This document shows, in pieces, positions 24,300-38,195 of a DNA stretch of 64,000 nt. The notes beneath the pieces were generated by a model that worked only from the letters and a program-made list of their open reading frames with translations, did no database searches and had not been told where the DNA came from. The DNA lies in the NCBI RefSeq assembly GCF_052425735.1, contig NC_135766.1:26102001-26166000 (forward strand). The letters run 5' to 3'. The translations under genes were made by a program, and so were the position numbers. How positions within the stretch are numbered: the stretch's first letter is position 1; the number at the start of each line of letters is the position of its first letter. Source of the stretch: Oculina patagonica. Taxonomy: Eukaryota.

Positions 24300-27200
24300 A
24301 TGGCGGAGGTAATTCAACCCTGTTTGCTACTCCTTATTCTCTTCGAATAGCACATTAATTATTGTTTAGTCGCAAACTATCGTTGAGCATAGATAACAAT
24401 AAATGAATTCTAAAGTTGTGTTTCTCTGTTTTTCTTTCAGAGCTTCCTGAAAACAGGGTGTATTTCGATGCAAATCAATCGCGCAGAACTTCAAAAGGTT
24501 CGTGTAAAGCTATCTCGTGATGCCTTGACAATTCAGAAAGAGGGCGGTGGAACAGTCTCTCCCTCATCCTCTCCAGTTAACAAGCCAGAGGTGGGTAAAT
24601 ACAGTTTGATTGATTCTTTCCTGTTATTGTCGAGATTTACTGCACAATTCTCTTGAATTCACTGTAAATTTTGCTATACGCCTGACAAGAATCGATTTCA
24701 TTGATCCTTGCAAGGTCAGAGTGTAATCTGCGAAGCATGCAGCACGTTTGCCTCAATCATTTTATCCTTTAAACCTGTTCAATTTTTTATCGACATTTGT
24801 CGTTGTTCTGCATTCATTTCACCAAACAGGAAAAATAAAATATTTCAATTTATGCAATCACCGGTTTCCCGGGGAGGCGCTGTTTGCCGCAATTCAAAGA
24901 TCAGCTTTTAATTTTTTTCCTTGGGCGCTCGACCGGGTGGTCGTTGTGTGATCAAATGTTCTAGAAGGACACACAAACAAGTGATTATGATTGCTTTCTT
25001 TGTATATATCTGATCTCTGGTGCAACTTTGCCTATTACCAATGTAAAAACACCCCGAATCTCTGACAGTTTCATTGCCGCTGTTGTCTGGTTTTGTGCAA
25101 AATATCTTGGCAAGTAATCTGGTCTGTCGAAGAAAGTCCTTTAAAGGTCGCATTTTAGTGATCTCGGTTCGAGTGATATTGCGGAATAATGAGGGCTGTT
25201 TACATGTAATAATTTTGGGAATATTGTCGTTAACTCCAGCCTTGTTTATTACCTCAAGCATAACGAAAAGTTCTAGTTCGTTTGCAACAGACGACGAAAT
25301 CTTCACACGGATAAAATTTCATTTAACTTCGTTTATATTTTGGAAAAGCACTTGAGTGTAAAGATAAAATCGGACATTAGACATGCATTTTCAGTCGGTT
25401 ATCTGTCTTTGTCTTTCCACAGAGATGATTAAACAAACTTTTCGTCACGGAATAGAATTTTGAATAAGCCTGCAAGTTATTTACAGGATACATGTGTTAA
25501 AACTTCAAGTAAAATATAGTTTATAATAAGCTAACAGACATATATGAGCCGGTTATTTGAGCTAATAATAAATTTAATTAACTCATTGTGTTTCATACGT
25601 GACTGAAAGAAATTTTAATTTTGATATCTCAAGATTAAAATTCTGCAATGTTGCATGTGATTATTAATTTTTGTCATGGGTGAATGACATTGATCACTAT
25701 TCACAAATTTATCTTGTAAGTCTCCTTATAGCTAATAAGGTTAGGATCAACTATTTTGTTACAAATATAGCCTGAGACCAGGGGCCTGAGAGCACACTCT
25801 TCCTATGAAACAAAGAAAAGAAAACAGGAAAGAGACCTCTCCCTCCCTTTCGTTTTTTCTTTCCTTCTTTTTTCTCCACGTCAAGAAGAAACAAGGTTTA
25901 ACTGGGTGTCGACTAAGCTCTTCTGAAATGCTCATAGCAAATGGAGATCAAAACATTTTGATTAGTTTTCTTTCTTTCTTTTTGTTTTAATTTTATTTTG
26001 TCTGTGTGTTCTTGATTCATATTTACGTCATCTCTTCCTTATTCATTCAACTAAGCCATCCTACACATGGGAGGTACTGTGGCCTAGTGGTTAGTGCCTT
26101 GGACTCTGCATTGAGTGGTCTAGCTAGGTTCAAGTGCTGGCCAAGGTCATTGTGCTGAGTTTGTGGACAAGACACTCACTCACCTTTACCTTCTTAGCTG
26201 TACATATTGTACCCTACTAACTGGATTTTATATGTAACACTTTTCTCTGTCCTTGTTTTCTTCCAGAGCACAAATGGCAAGCCTGATTCTCCAACATGGA
26301 AGAAATCACCATCAGGGGTAAGATCAAGTAATGCTCTGGTTCATGTCATCCCTGGTACCTCCTCCAAGACAGTGGCAGATCAAGGGGAGGGGCCCGGGGG
26401 CAGGGGCCCTTACCACCTTATTTTTTGAACAAATAGAGGCCCAAAGGCCCTAGAAAAAATATTTTCGAGAGCACCCCCCCCCCTTATTCTAGGGTCTGGA
26501 TGACACCCCTAAACTGAAGGTCTGGATCCACGACTGCAAGAGGTACTTCCTATCATCTATCAACAGGCAGGGTTAATACTTGGATGGGTTACCAACTGTG
26601 TTATTCATGCTGTGGGCTTTTCTTTCACTGTTTTTTTTTTCTCATCTTCCTTCACAAAATCTTTTTTTTTTAGTCCCTTTCATTTTCATTCTTACTCAAT
26701 ATTTTAACTCAAACTAGATAACTTAATTAGAACTCAATATTTTAACTTGAACTTGACATTCTAACTCAAAATCGTAACTCGAACTCAAAGCTCGAACTTG
26801 AACTCACCTTGGGAACAGTATATCTTTGTGCTACAATTTCTCAATTTTAGCCGAACCCATCCGCGCCCGCAGATCAACATTATTTCTCTACACGATCAGT
26901 TTCAACCAATCGCCGTCAGTGCTGAACTATAGCGGCGACTATTCATCACTATTTGCGACTCTTTAATTGACTACTTATCACTATTCACAAAGTACTATTT
27001 GTACTATTCGCTATTCATAATCCACTATTCAGGTTTCCCAGACACCCTCTGGAAAGTAGTACTTATTCCTGAATTTCATGCTGAGCATTCATGCTGAATT
27101 TCATGCTAACCCTAACCCTTATGGCTCTAAGTTCTAATGAGTTTTAATTTCCAGAGCACAAGTGATGAAGCTTCGTCTAGCACTCCAACTCACAAGAAAC

Positions 27201-30200
27201 CTCCACCTCCACAAGGGGTAAGGACATTCCATGTTTGTTTTACAATGTGTGGTTATATATTACTGATCTTAACTGTGTTTCCCACTTGTGGTCAAGGTAA
27301 AAAGGCCAAATAACTCTGCAATACCAATAGCTGCACTCGCTTATGCATTATTTACACTTTACTTAGTAGGGGTGGGAGGGAAAAGGGTGTTGCATCAACT
27401 GTATATGGAACAACCTTCACTAGTATTTTGTTGCTAGATGTGCACTGTATAACAAATTATGTTATTTACCCTAGCCAAAGGGAAATATGTACATATGGTC
27501 TAAAGATTTCCTTGTCCTTTAGGAGAGGAGAGTTAAGCTAACAAGGAGAAAAGTTGGGGGACTGGGGATGAGCATAAAGGTAAGTACTGTTACTCAATAA
27601 GCACTCATCATGACACACGTTTTCATATCTGGGAATTTGATTGGTTCTCGTAATACTTATTTGCTGACAGACTGCAAATGCAATGGAAACTTTGCACCAT
27701 TCAGACCCTCTACTTCTGAGCTGAACAGGAGACGAAGCTGTGGGAGCTTGGCCACATTACTAAGTTTAGATGAACACTTTTGCTAAGGGGTAATTCTTTA
27801 GAGAGGATGCTATTTTAGGTTGGCTGGTCCAGCTTTGATAGGCATGTGTAAGGAATAATTTTATTGGGTGCTTCTGTGCATGTGTCGTAATTGTCAATCA
27901 CTTTAATTTCTTCTTTAGGGAGGACGGGAAAGCAATCTTCCAATAGCTATTTCAAGAATATATAAAGACCAAGCAGGTATCAGATATTGTGCTCTTCTTG
28001 GTTACATTTGATATTTTATTAATACTTTTTTCATTGTCTGTGATTTTTCTTTGTTAAATGGTTAATTTTCTGTTAATTTTGTTTTAGCTCATGAAACAGG
28101 CCAACTTCATGAGGGTGATATTATACTTGAGGTAAAGATCAGTCACATGACTGTTATGCTTGTTCATTAGTCTAATATGGTTTGATTTTATATGTCATGT
28201 GGTTACCTGCCTGTATGTCACATTGGATAATGCACGATACAGACAGGAAAAAAATTGTGATGTCAAAACACTGATGGCCCAAATTACCAGGACTCATAAA
28301 TATTGGAAAAAAATCACAATTATATCTTTATTTATGGCAGGATATAATTTCAAACAGCTGGTAATTCATTTTCATTACAAAAGATTTGTGTCTTTTTATT
28401 CTCCAATAGGTCAATGGACAAAACATAAGGAAAGCCACACATGACGAGGCTGTGAGTAGCATATTGCAGGGCTGCAAATAATTCTTTTCACTTGAAAGGA
28501 CATATGCCCTACTAAGACAACATCTTGGTCTGACTAAACAGACCAAGATGGACTGGTTGGACAGATTGGTTGGACAGATTTTTATTCATTTTTGCCATAA
28601 AATGATTTTCAAACAAAATATTGTCTGGACATCATGTCCGACCACACTTGGGATTTTGTCGGACAATAGCAAATTTTAGTCGGCCAATGTCTGATGACCG
28701 ACTGTTATTTACAGCTGTGACATTTTAAATCCATTACAGTCCGAGCTAATGATCGACATGAATTTTCAAGGCTGAGTTAACCACCATAGCAAATTTAAAA
28801 ATTTGTTGTATCCCTTTTTTTTGGGGGGGGGGGGGGGGAGGGGGGGCAGGGAGTAGTTTCTTGGTGTCACTGATGGTGTGATCACTAAATGAAGTAACAC
28901 AAAGGATTCAAAAGACAATAAACAATACCCAAACCATAACAACTAAAGATATACTGGTACTCATTTTTGATCTGTCTAGAAATATTGTCTTCATATATTT
29001 CAGATCTGTCTTCATAGATCTGTCTTCATATATTTCACTTGTTTCTCGAAGAAACTAGCTTGTCTTAGCTATATTAAATTCCAGGATAAATAAAGTTTTA
29101 TGTTATGTTATGTATGTTATGTTATTAATTTTGTCTTTATTGATAGGTAGCAGCTCTTAAGAAGGGTGGTTCAGAGATTGAACTTACTGTTGTTCACTCC
29201 GCATCTGGCTCATCAACAGGTACCAGTGATGTTAATCAATGTGAAACTGAAATTCAAAAATTGTAACCTCCTATGACACAGACAGTAATCTTTACCTTAA
29301 GGAAGGAGAGATCAATTGTCTAATATCTTGCTGGACAGTGATCGGCTGGAACTCAGTTTAACATCATCAGGCATATTAATTATGTAATTAACTAATTAAT
29401 TAAATTTTGAATAACAAAATATTTTGTGAAACATTTTAGAAGAAAAATTAATTTTCTTATTGCTAATTTTTCTCAAATTAATAAATAATAAATTAAATAA
29501 TCAAGTAATTAGTTAATTTATTTCATTCCTCACACAAGTTTATATGCACAGAAAAATCAGAGATTTCCATTTTTATGTGGCTTATGAAACAGCATTGTTT
29601 CTTTTAATTCTTCTTTTATCAGTCAACCATTATTTTTATAGCACAGAAGTTTACTTAAAAAAATTTTACTGAGTGGTAAGTTAATGTTTTAGTGGTTATG
29701 ATTTTGTTGTAGTTGATGAAAGCACGCTGACAGCAGGTACCACCTCAGAAGTGAGTCAGTCAAGTATATCAAAACAAGGTACACTCTCCTTACAGCAGCA
29801 TATCCATGGACGAAAAATTCTTTATCTATTTCATTTCAAAATAAATGAAATGTTGGTGCTTCCATTATGTACAGTATGGGGTCCAGTTCCTCGGCCACTT
29901 TAGACGTAAACTTGTATTTGTGACCCTCCATGGGAAAACACGGCTTATCGATAAAAGCGTTTTTCGGAGGGTTTGAGGTCACTTAGAAACCCTTTGGAAA
30001 CCCGGTTTCGGGGGTTTGAAACCCTTTGGAAACCCTTTAGAAACCCGTTGGAAACCCTTTGAAACCCTTTTGAAACCCTTTGGAAACCCTTTGGAGACAC
30101 TTTGAAAGCCTTTGAAAACCCTTTGGAAACACTTTGAAACCCTTTGGAAACCCTTTGAAAACCCTTTGAAACCCTTTGGAAACCCTTTGAAACCCTTTGG

Positions 30201-31176
30201 AAACCCTTTGAAACCCTTTGGAAACCCTTTGAAAACCTGTTGAAAACGCTTTGCGTACTCTTTAGAAACCCTTTTGAAACACCGCTCTTTTAAAATCGTT
30301 TTAAAGTTTTCTTGGTAACAACTGTGAATATTTCGCTTTGCAAACATTTATAATCCTTGCAAACGCTTTCAGGTGATTATGTGGCTTTTTAAATAGCGAG
30401 CTAAACCGAAATGTTCGATAAGACGTGTTTTCGTGTGGAGGGTCACATTTATTTCCTCAGAATAACCAAAGAAACTTGAAATTTCTCCCAGAGCTAGCTT
30501 CATCATTTAGCTTTTTGGTGTAAAGCTATCGACCGTTCAATAATTAATTTGCCAGAGAAATAATAAAAATCAAAGCTCCATTTGTGGGCCCGTCCGCCCC
30601 CCCAGTTCTCGGCCATCAAAAAGCTTTTGCGTAATTAATTTTCTGTATAGAAAGGCTGAATTAATTTTCACAGTCATAAAATCACTCTGCAAACATATTT
30701 GTACTATATTGATCCCAAATTATTTTTATTAGGCTTTGTTTTACTTTAGAAAAGAAGATTTTAATGCCTCTAGTTGCTTGCCTATGTGCAGGGTCTGGCA
30801 AAACCGCAGAACTACGTTGTGTGACCAACGGTTTATTTTGCAGTGAAAAGGTCTTGAAAGAGTTAGGTGTTGTAGAAATAACAGAAAAGACAAAAGTCAG
30901 CTCAACATAGATATTTAATTGAACTTAATTTTTAAAACATTTCTTTGATTCATTTTTGCTGCAGCAGATGAAATTATATTAAAAACAAAAGCGCTCAGCT
31001 GTGATAGCAAGCAGGGTGTCCGAGAACTAGCAAATACGAAAGTCGCACGAAAAAATTTCGAAGTAAATTAATTAAGACATAAAAATACAACGGTTCAACA
31101 AAACATTAACTGTATGATTGTTTGGGGGGTTGGGGGGGGGGGGGGGGGGGGTTTTAAAAAAAAAAATAAAAAAAAA

Positions 31177-31214
<38 letters not shown>

Positions 31215-34200
31215 AGAAAGCTGAATTATTCTTAGTTTTACATGCCAAAAATTAGCTCGTTTGATAGGGGCTTGCATCCATGAATTTTAAGGAGCCGTAA
31301 ACAAACAAGTTTTTGGAAAAACAAATTCACCTACCTTCGCATTTATAAACTCGACGTGTGAGTTTTCTATAGCGAGTTGAAGGATCAAACTCGAGATACT
31401 TAGAGCACAAGAATCAGTCTATTGTTTGATGGAAATAACTTTTTTTTTTTAAATTCAACTGGGGCGTGAAAAAACGCGTTGAATACAAAGTGGCCGAGAA
31501 ATGGACCCGGCCGAGAACTGGGCCTCATACTGTAATGAGTTTCTAATATTAATATTATGTCATGCACACTGTGTGCAACATGTGGCTTTTGATATAGCTC
31601 AGACATATGCCATCCTTTTAATTTTGTGTTTGAGAGGCATTAGATATAGTTGTAATTTCTATAAGTTGATTAAAATAAATGTTATTTGTCTGATAGCAAA
31701 TGGAATAGTCCGAAGTATTGAGGAGTCTTCAAGTGATGCTGAATTTAGAGAAAACAGCAGTCAAAAGGTACCTGTTCTGAGAAATGCTAAACACTGAGGC
31801 TAGGAATGTGTTAAAACAACGAGAACATCTTTTATACAAATTCAACACACTTAAAATTATAGCTTCCAAAATGATATAAAACTGTTTAAGCGTGGTAGTT
31901 TGAATGTTGTCATATTCTTCTTTAAAGGTTTCTGAATGCACAGCTATGGTTTATATTATAATATTTGCAAGTTAAATTTCTTAAATCACAAATCATCACA
32001 ATCTTAACATTACAAATATTTTTTCCTATGCAGTCTTCTGAAGTTGGAGAAACGGATTCTAACTCATCGCTTCAGAGCTGGACAGACAACATTGTGCTTC
32101 CACTGACATTTGCTTCAATATCAAGATACAAGACAGGGGAAGATACTCTTAGGCAAGTGGCTGGCTCAAATGTCAAGTGCTTTTTATTATAGAAAACTCC
32201 AGTATTGCAGATATTTCTCAGGGATGCAGTAATTATTATTTAACATCATATAAGTTTGTTCACATATTATTGAAAGGCGCAGTGATGTTATTTTCAGCCT
32301 ACAAGGAAATTACTATTGTAATAGTTTTGTTGGTTTATTCCTGAGCTTATTTTTTTGTTCCACAGCTGCTTGTTCTGTTATTATAAATAAAATCCTGGCA
32401 ACAAAACCCACAAAGCTGAATGTTAGGCTTATATCACTTTTTTGCTTTTTTTTCATAAATAACAGGAGCAATGCATTTGAAGTGAGTTCCATGGATGGCG
32501 GTGCCTCTGTAGTACTTTACAGTGAAAACAAAGTAGAACTGTTGTCATGGTATTCAGCAATCAAGGACAGAGTAGTTATGCTGTTGGAGCAGTCAGTAAG
32601 TATTGTGTGATAACACACTGCACGATTGGGGGGGGGGGGGGTGGGAGGTATAAAATCCCATTTCTCAGCCCAAATTTAACCTTTACAAGTCCCATTTCCC
32701 TTGCCTATTGTTTTCCTGATTTTCCAGATCCCAGTCCCAGTTCAATATTGTTTATTTGTTTGTGATTTTCATTCCCAGTGCCAAAAATCCCTGAAAAGAC
32801 AAATGTATGAAGCTTATTTGGAATTTCCAGAGGGGGCGGGGTCTTAGGAAAAATACCGTACCTTTGTAGGGAAGCTATGGATAAAGTATGAAACTACACA
32901 TTTATTGTTTAAGCTTGATGTCTAGTATAATAATAACAAAATATAAATTCTGGTATTTGTATTTTAGGTGAACTTGTCAAATTCCTCACTGCCGTCCGCT
33001 GAACAGGTCAGACATTTTGTTTTATCGCACATTGAAGTGTTTTATTTTTAATGCTTGACAGATATGAATTTCTTTTTTAAAACAGGTAACTTACATGGGT
33101 TGGGTGTGGGAGAGATTGAGATCCACAAGCCATTGGAATGTCTGGAAAAGAAAGTTCTTGACACTCAAAGGTTCAGAGCTACAGATATTTGAAATGCCGC
33201 CTGTAAGTACACGGTGATGTCTTCTCAAGAATAAAAAATAATATAATTATTGTCAAGAAGAAAGGTAATCAATATGATGAAACATGCAGTGCCCCAGCCG
33301 GGCTCAACCCTGGACTGCTGTATCTGGGCCCAGTTGTTCAAAGGGTAATAACGCTATCCATCAGGGCCGGTTGTCAAGTATGAGGATTATTTTATTTTTT
33401 TTGTTAAAAATTAAACTAAAAAAAAAATTGGGACCGATAAATCACTATCCAGTGGATAGCTGTCATACAAAAACCTTCTTCGCTATCAACTGGGTAGTGA
33501 CAATTTATCCATTAGGTAGCATTATCCACCCTTTGAACAATTGGGACCTGTTCAGCACTTTAAACCTTTAGGCCAGAGCACCTTGATCCCAGTAAGGACT
33601 ACAGTTATATAATGTCAACCAACATAATCTTCTTGAATGTCTCTTGTGAGCTGATTTTTACCTCCCCCAAGTATCTCTTATTCATCAAGCTTTAAATTGA
33701 CCTTCATGTTACCATGGTTATTGGTTTGTACATTGTAGGTTGTTACAAGAGACTGGCTCAAAAGTGAAGTGTCTTACAATTTAATGGAAGTGGTTTGTCA
33801 CATATGTAAGGTAAGTCAAAACTTTTTGAGCTTATTCTACAGTGGCTTAGTGCAGGTTTACCGGTAAGCATTTTTTTAAAAAAAAAATCTGTTGAGTCAC
33901 CAGAGTTTTCACAATTCACAAAGAAGAGGCAACAACTTCGCGATAGTTCTTCGATTGATCTGTTGTAGCGTTTCGCAAAGTACCATTTCGCAAAATACCG
34001 CTTCGCAAAGTACCATTTCGTTTTGTTTCGTTTCGCAAAGTACTGTAACCCCAAAGAAGATAGAATGGTGTGAAAAATAAGTAAGAAAGAGTAAAAGAAA
34101 AAAATTATAGTTATAGTATCATGCCAGTAGGTAGCAACACCAGCCTTATGTTGTCGATGTCAACAGTTTACCATTATTATCATAGTAGTAAAATTAATAT

Positions 34201-35938
34201 TTCAACCGTCATTGCTACTGTTTTTAGGAAGATGAACAACTAGACAAAAGAGAACATTGCTTTTGTATCCAGTCAAGTTCTGGGGGAAGCCACTACTTTG
34301 GAGTTGGTGAGTTTTCACTTTTGTGCAGCAATGTGTTGAATGATGTAATAATTCAACAAATCTTGAGCTTTATCAACTAGGTGTCTTTTGTTCATTACTT
34401 CAAAAAAAAAAATAACCAACTTCTCTGAGAGAAGTAGAGAGAAGTACCCGGCAGTGGTTGTAAGCTGTTGGTACTGAGTCTTACAAATGTGGGAGGCAGC
34501 AATGCGTGCAAGGTGTGCAAGGCAAGGCAGCGAGGCATGTAAGGCAAAACTCCCACTTCAAATAAAAAGGCTAACAACAAGCTACCTAGCTAAGCTAACT
34601 GTAGGCTAACCAGCGTGTTATTTAGGTTACCGGCAACTGGAGTGCCATTTAGGCTAACCGCAGCGCTATTTAGGCTAATTAAACCAAAATGGATCGCATG
34701 CCTCGCTGCCTTGCACTTTGTGACAACCCTTGCTGCTTATTGAAAGCACTGGTGATAATGAAATGCTAGTTATAGACATGTTATATTTAAAAGCAAATGT
34801 GTGTGTACATGTTTACAGACACAGAAGCAGATCTGACAGAGATTGTGAACAGAGTACAGAGATCCACTCATCAAGCAGTTGCTCACATTGAGGTATGATA
34901 GAATATTGTATAAAAATTTGTAACATTTTTTTTTTTTGGGGGGGGGGGGGTGGAGTTTAAATTATTTTTTTAGCTATAGCTATTTTTAGCAGGCCAAATT
35001 GTTTTCCTACAGGGCTATAGCATTTTTTTGTGTGTGGCCATGCTTAGTCTCATTTCCATGTTACTTAGCCTCATTTGCATGTCACTTTGTCCCAGTTTAG
35101 ACCTGGATATAAGCATTCTGATTGAATAGCAGATGTTGATTTGATTTTTACTACAAATATAAAAATATAAGCAGAAATGGCTGAAGACCATAATTGCTTG
35201 GTTCAATTTTCAGTCTCGAACTTTTCCTGGAAAATGGCATGGTCAGAGTGTGAAGCTTGTGTTTGACCTCCAAAGAGGACTGCGACTTTACAGTGCCACG
35301 GATAGGGTAGGTCTCTTTCATTTGTACTTTCTACCACCAAGTGAGTTTGCCATTAATTAATATTTTATGTATGATAATTTATTCTAATCAATGCCATATC
35401 TGACTTCTCTTTCTAGTCTCTTCTGTGGCAATACCGTTTCTCATTTCTTCGTGGCTCATCAGATGATGGTTATCGGAAGATTGTGTTGTTATTTTCTGCG
35501 TCCCCAGCTGGCCCTTTTGACAGACAGGTAAGTCAGAATTAAAATCTTCTTCTACATTTTTGGCTTTAAAACGTGCATGATGTGCATTTTTCTTTTACTG
35601 TCATGTATTCAGTAACTTGGCCCCCATACTGTGGCTCAATATGCTATTTTGAGTGTTAAAAGGGCCCATCCCTCCCCTCCTTAGACCCCACTTGTTGGAC
35701 ACCTCTGGATCTGCAAATAACTGCGACTGGTGTTAACTAAAATTTGTTGTAAGCAAATTGTGCACTCATCTTCCAATTCAATCTTTATTGACCAGACATT
35801 TTGCTTATCTGAATATTTCTTTTTTTCCAGGAGTTAGAATTTATCAACATGCAACAGGTGCTTACAGTGATGCACGCATTCTATGCCGCCAAAGTTGCAC
35901 AAGTCGACCCAAACTTCTCATTTGACAACAGTTTTTAA
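24300..35938 (+). CDS. SNTG1: Gamma-syntrophin (split PH1, PDZ, PH2, SU domain). Exons 24300-24308, 24441-24590, 26267-26317, 27155-27217, 27523-27579, 27919-27976, 28088-28131, 28410-28451, 29147-29219, 29713-29778, 31697-31767, 32034-32152, 32466-32595, 32968-33006, 33086-33202, 33739-33810, 34228-34306, 34819-34892, 35214-35306, 35417-35527, 35831-35938
   Basis: N-terminus KTGCISMQ...KVRVKLSRDALTIQKE; PDZ RRKVGGLGMSIKGGRESNLPIAISRIYKDQAA...GDIILEVNG...THDEAV; PH2 YMGWVWE...KFLTLKGS; SU domain LWQYRFSFLRGSSDDG...HAFYAAKVAQVDP. Matches the gamma-type syntrophin pattern; SNTG1 vs SNTG2 cannot be resolved. Confidence 0.92.
26068..26184 (+). mobile_element. tRNA-derived SINE remnant
   Basis: A-box-like tggcctagtggttag and B-box-like ggttcaagtgc, followed by a ggtcattgtg...gacaagacactcactc core of the kind seen in cnidarian SINEs. 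Confidence 0.6.
26370..26537. mobile_element. Non-autonomous DNA transposon (cagtggcggatcc-type ends)
   Basis: Degenerate TIRs cagtggcagatcaag and ctggatccacgactg. Confidence 0.5.
26560..26622 (+). pseudogene. 5S rRNA-derived remnant (3' half; pseudogene or SINE3 head)
   Basis: gggttaatacttggatgggttacc...gctgtgggcttt resembles 5S GGTTAGTACTTGGATGGGAGACC...GCTGTAGGCTTT. Confidence 0.4.
29919..30447. mobile_element. MITE with 33-bp TIRs and an internal GAAACCCTTT(G) minisatellite
   Basis: Left end tgtgaccctccatgggaaaacacggcttatcga; reverse complement of right end tgtgaccctccacacgaaaacacgtcttatcga; 10/11-mer tandem array at ~29985-30285. Confidence 0.8.
33968..34045. repeat. Short tandem array of tttcgcaaa(g/a)tac units
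   Basis: Four copies of ttcgcaaa(g/a)tac. Confidence 0.7.
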
Positions 35939-36969
35939 AATAAGAGTCTTGAGATAGATACCACTGAGCCATTTCTAGAGCTAGTCTTGAACTAGTACTC
36001 AGCTAAATCTAAGTTATTGTTTGTGAACATGGAAGGGTTTGGTGAATCGAGAAACAAGTCACTAGTTCATCTCCTGGACAGAAGAAGATTGGACTTGAAA
36101 GAGTGACAGAATTTTTGTTAAACAGTAAGTCTCCTTCACAGTTGCTGCTTGTCACACAATGCTCCCAAGCATTGTGTGAAGAGCCCTAAGAATGGTTGCA
36201 AAGGAGACTATTATACAGTGTAACAAAATAATGAAAAAATATAAATAAATAATTTTCTACAGTGCATTTTATTACACAACCATTTCCTTACTGGAAAACC
36301 AGGTTAGCTTGACAAGTACAAATAGCTTGCTATTGTACAGATGCAATGAATTATTAGAAACATTAACAATTAAGTATCCTTGACCGGTGAAATGAGGAGC
36401 AAAGGTATCTTAAAAGTTTGTGCCTGTGCTTAGTTTAAGCAACTTAGTGAAAGTGAAAAAGTTTGCAAGGAATTTTTTTCTCATGAAAAGCATCTTTCTT
36501 TGTCACGACATTTAAAGAAGTCGCTTTAAAAATTTAAAATGATTTGTACAGCTGATTCCAAAATATGAAGAAAATAAAGTTAATCAAATTGGATATTCAA
36601 AATAGGTTGAATTGGCTGCCCATGGCAGCCTGCACTGTTGCAATGCACTCAGTTAGAGGGACTGCAAAGATGCAAGGGTGCTTCACATTTAGACCTCAAG
36701 GACCAACACTGATCATAATAGTATTATGAGAAACATTTTATGTGATAGTCAATGATTATATTAAGCAGTATGCAAAGTATATTGCCACTCATCTGTGATC
36801 AGAATGTTTTAAAGAAGTAATTTTACAATGTACAAAAATCTATGTAATCCAATAAATTATCTTTTATATGAAAAGAAAACTTTGTTGATATTGATCAAGG
36901 GGCTCTTGACAATTACTCCTGTTTAGTTTAGCCCTGGCCCTCTCTTCACACAACTCTTGCTTAGTGTCA

Positions 36970-37258
36970 CCATTCTCATCCCCAGAGCCACTTGTCCCTC
37001 TTAGCTGGCAGAGCCTGTACACAAGAAACAAGTGGCTCTGGGGACACATGATTTGATTAGCTGGATGTTAACAAAGGAAGTTATAAATCTAGCCAATCAA
37101 AACTTTTGTATAACTTATGGATTTTAAAACGCTTCATTTGATTGGCTGTTCCTTGTGTTAAAATCTAGCCAATCAAATCATGTATCCCCAGAGCCACTTG
37201 TTTCTTGTGCACAGGCTCCACTGGCTGAGAGGGACAAGTGGCTCAAGGGACAAGAACG
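36970..37258. mobile_element. Inverted-repeat MITE (ttctc(g/a)tccccagagcc type) with internal duplication
   Basis: Two copies of tccccagagccacttgt...acaagtggctc in nested inverted arrangement. Confidence 0.65.
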
Positions 37259-37960
37259 GAGAATGTAGTGTCACATGACTGAATTACAGTGCGGTGTGAC
37301 AGAGAAACTTGGTCAGAACTAGATCCAGTCCCCTGGCAATCCTATGCACTGAATCCAAGACTAAGTCCCACCCTGTTGAGCCATTAGGCTGTGAAAATAT
37401 TGCCTTTTTACCCATTCCTCTCAAGAAAGTACTTCAAACTTCTTGTCTGATCCCACTGTTTATTTACCTTTAGTTTTAAACATTAATTCTGCAAATAGTT
37501 TAGGTTGTTCAATTGGTAAATAACGCCATCCACCAGATAAATCACTACCCAGTTATTTTGTTGACATTTATTTATCTGCTGGATAATGATTTATCTGTGG
37601 TGAATAACGTTGTCTGTTCATTGACAACTAGGGCCTGCCCTAACAACGCTGATTCTAATAATAAATTAATGGCATATACATGATGCGCTATACTATGAAA
37701 TAGAGGCTAAAGTCATTTTGAATTGCCTTTTAAATCCTTAGTTTTCAAGCAATCGTATTGCAATCCAAGAATTTTGTGCTTACTAGTACTAACATTAAGG
37801 AACAAATTGTAGTCAATATAAATTACAATAAATTGTGCTCTTATTAAAATTTGTGTTATACACATAATTTACTGCTTGAATTCCATTTGATGTTGCAAAG
37901 TAATATTATCCTCCTTTAAGTTTTCATTTCATGTTATTCATGGTTCAAAAAGCAACTGAA

Positions 37961-38195
37961 TAGAGTTGTTCCGCACAAGAACCTAGAGATGCAATTTCCG
38001 CTTCGTAACCTTAGGCATGCAAATTAGACAGGCGTTCTCAATGAAGTCTTTAAATACTGTGTACATCTTCGTCACACCAATTGCGCCATTTACTCGGCCA
38101 GCTCATAAACAAGGATAGACGTCTGTCTAATTTGCATGCCTAAGGTTGCGAAGTGAAAATTTGCATCTCTAAGGTTCTTGTGCGGAACAACTCTA
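37961..38195. mobile_element. MITE with ~75-bp TIRs
   Basis: tagagttgttccgcacaagaacc...ttaggcatgcaaattagacag pairs with ctgtctaatttgcatgcctaa...ggttcttgtgcggaacaactcta. Confidence 0.8.

Noticed and set aside
27106-27120. ctaaccctaaccct as telomerase template or telomere
   Set aside because: Only two repeats, with no pseudoknot or other context; common interstitial motif.
29985-30285. CRISPR-like or telomeric appearance of the GAAACCCTTT repeats
   Set aside because: No unique spacers, eukaryotic context, and not TTAGGG.
29979-30347. 122-aa KGFPKGF-repeat ORF
   Set aside because: It is the translation of a minisatellite inside a MITE, antisense within a syntrophin intron.
31095-31277. Poly-Pro ORF and G/A homopolymer tract
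   Set aside because: Low-complexity sequence, probably low-quality base calls.
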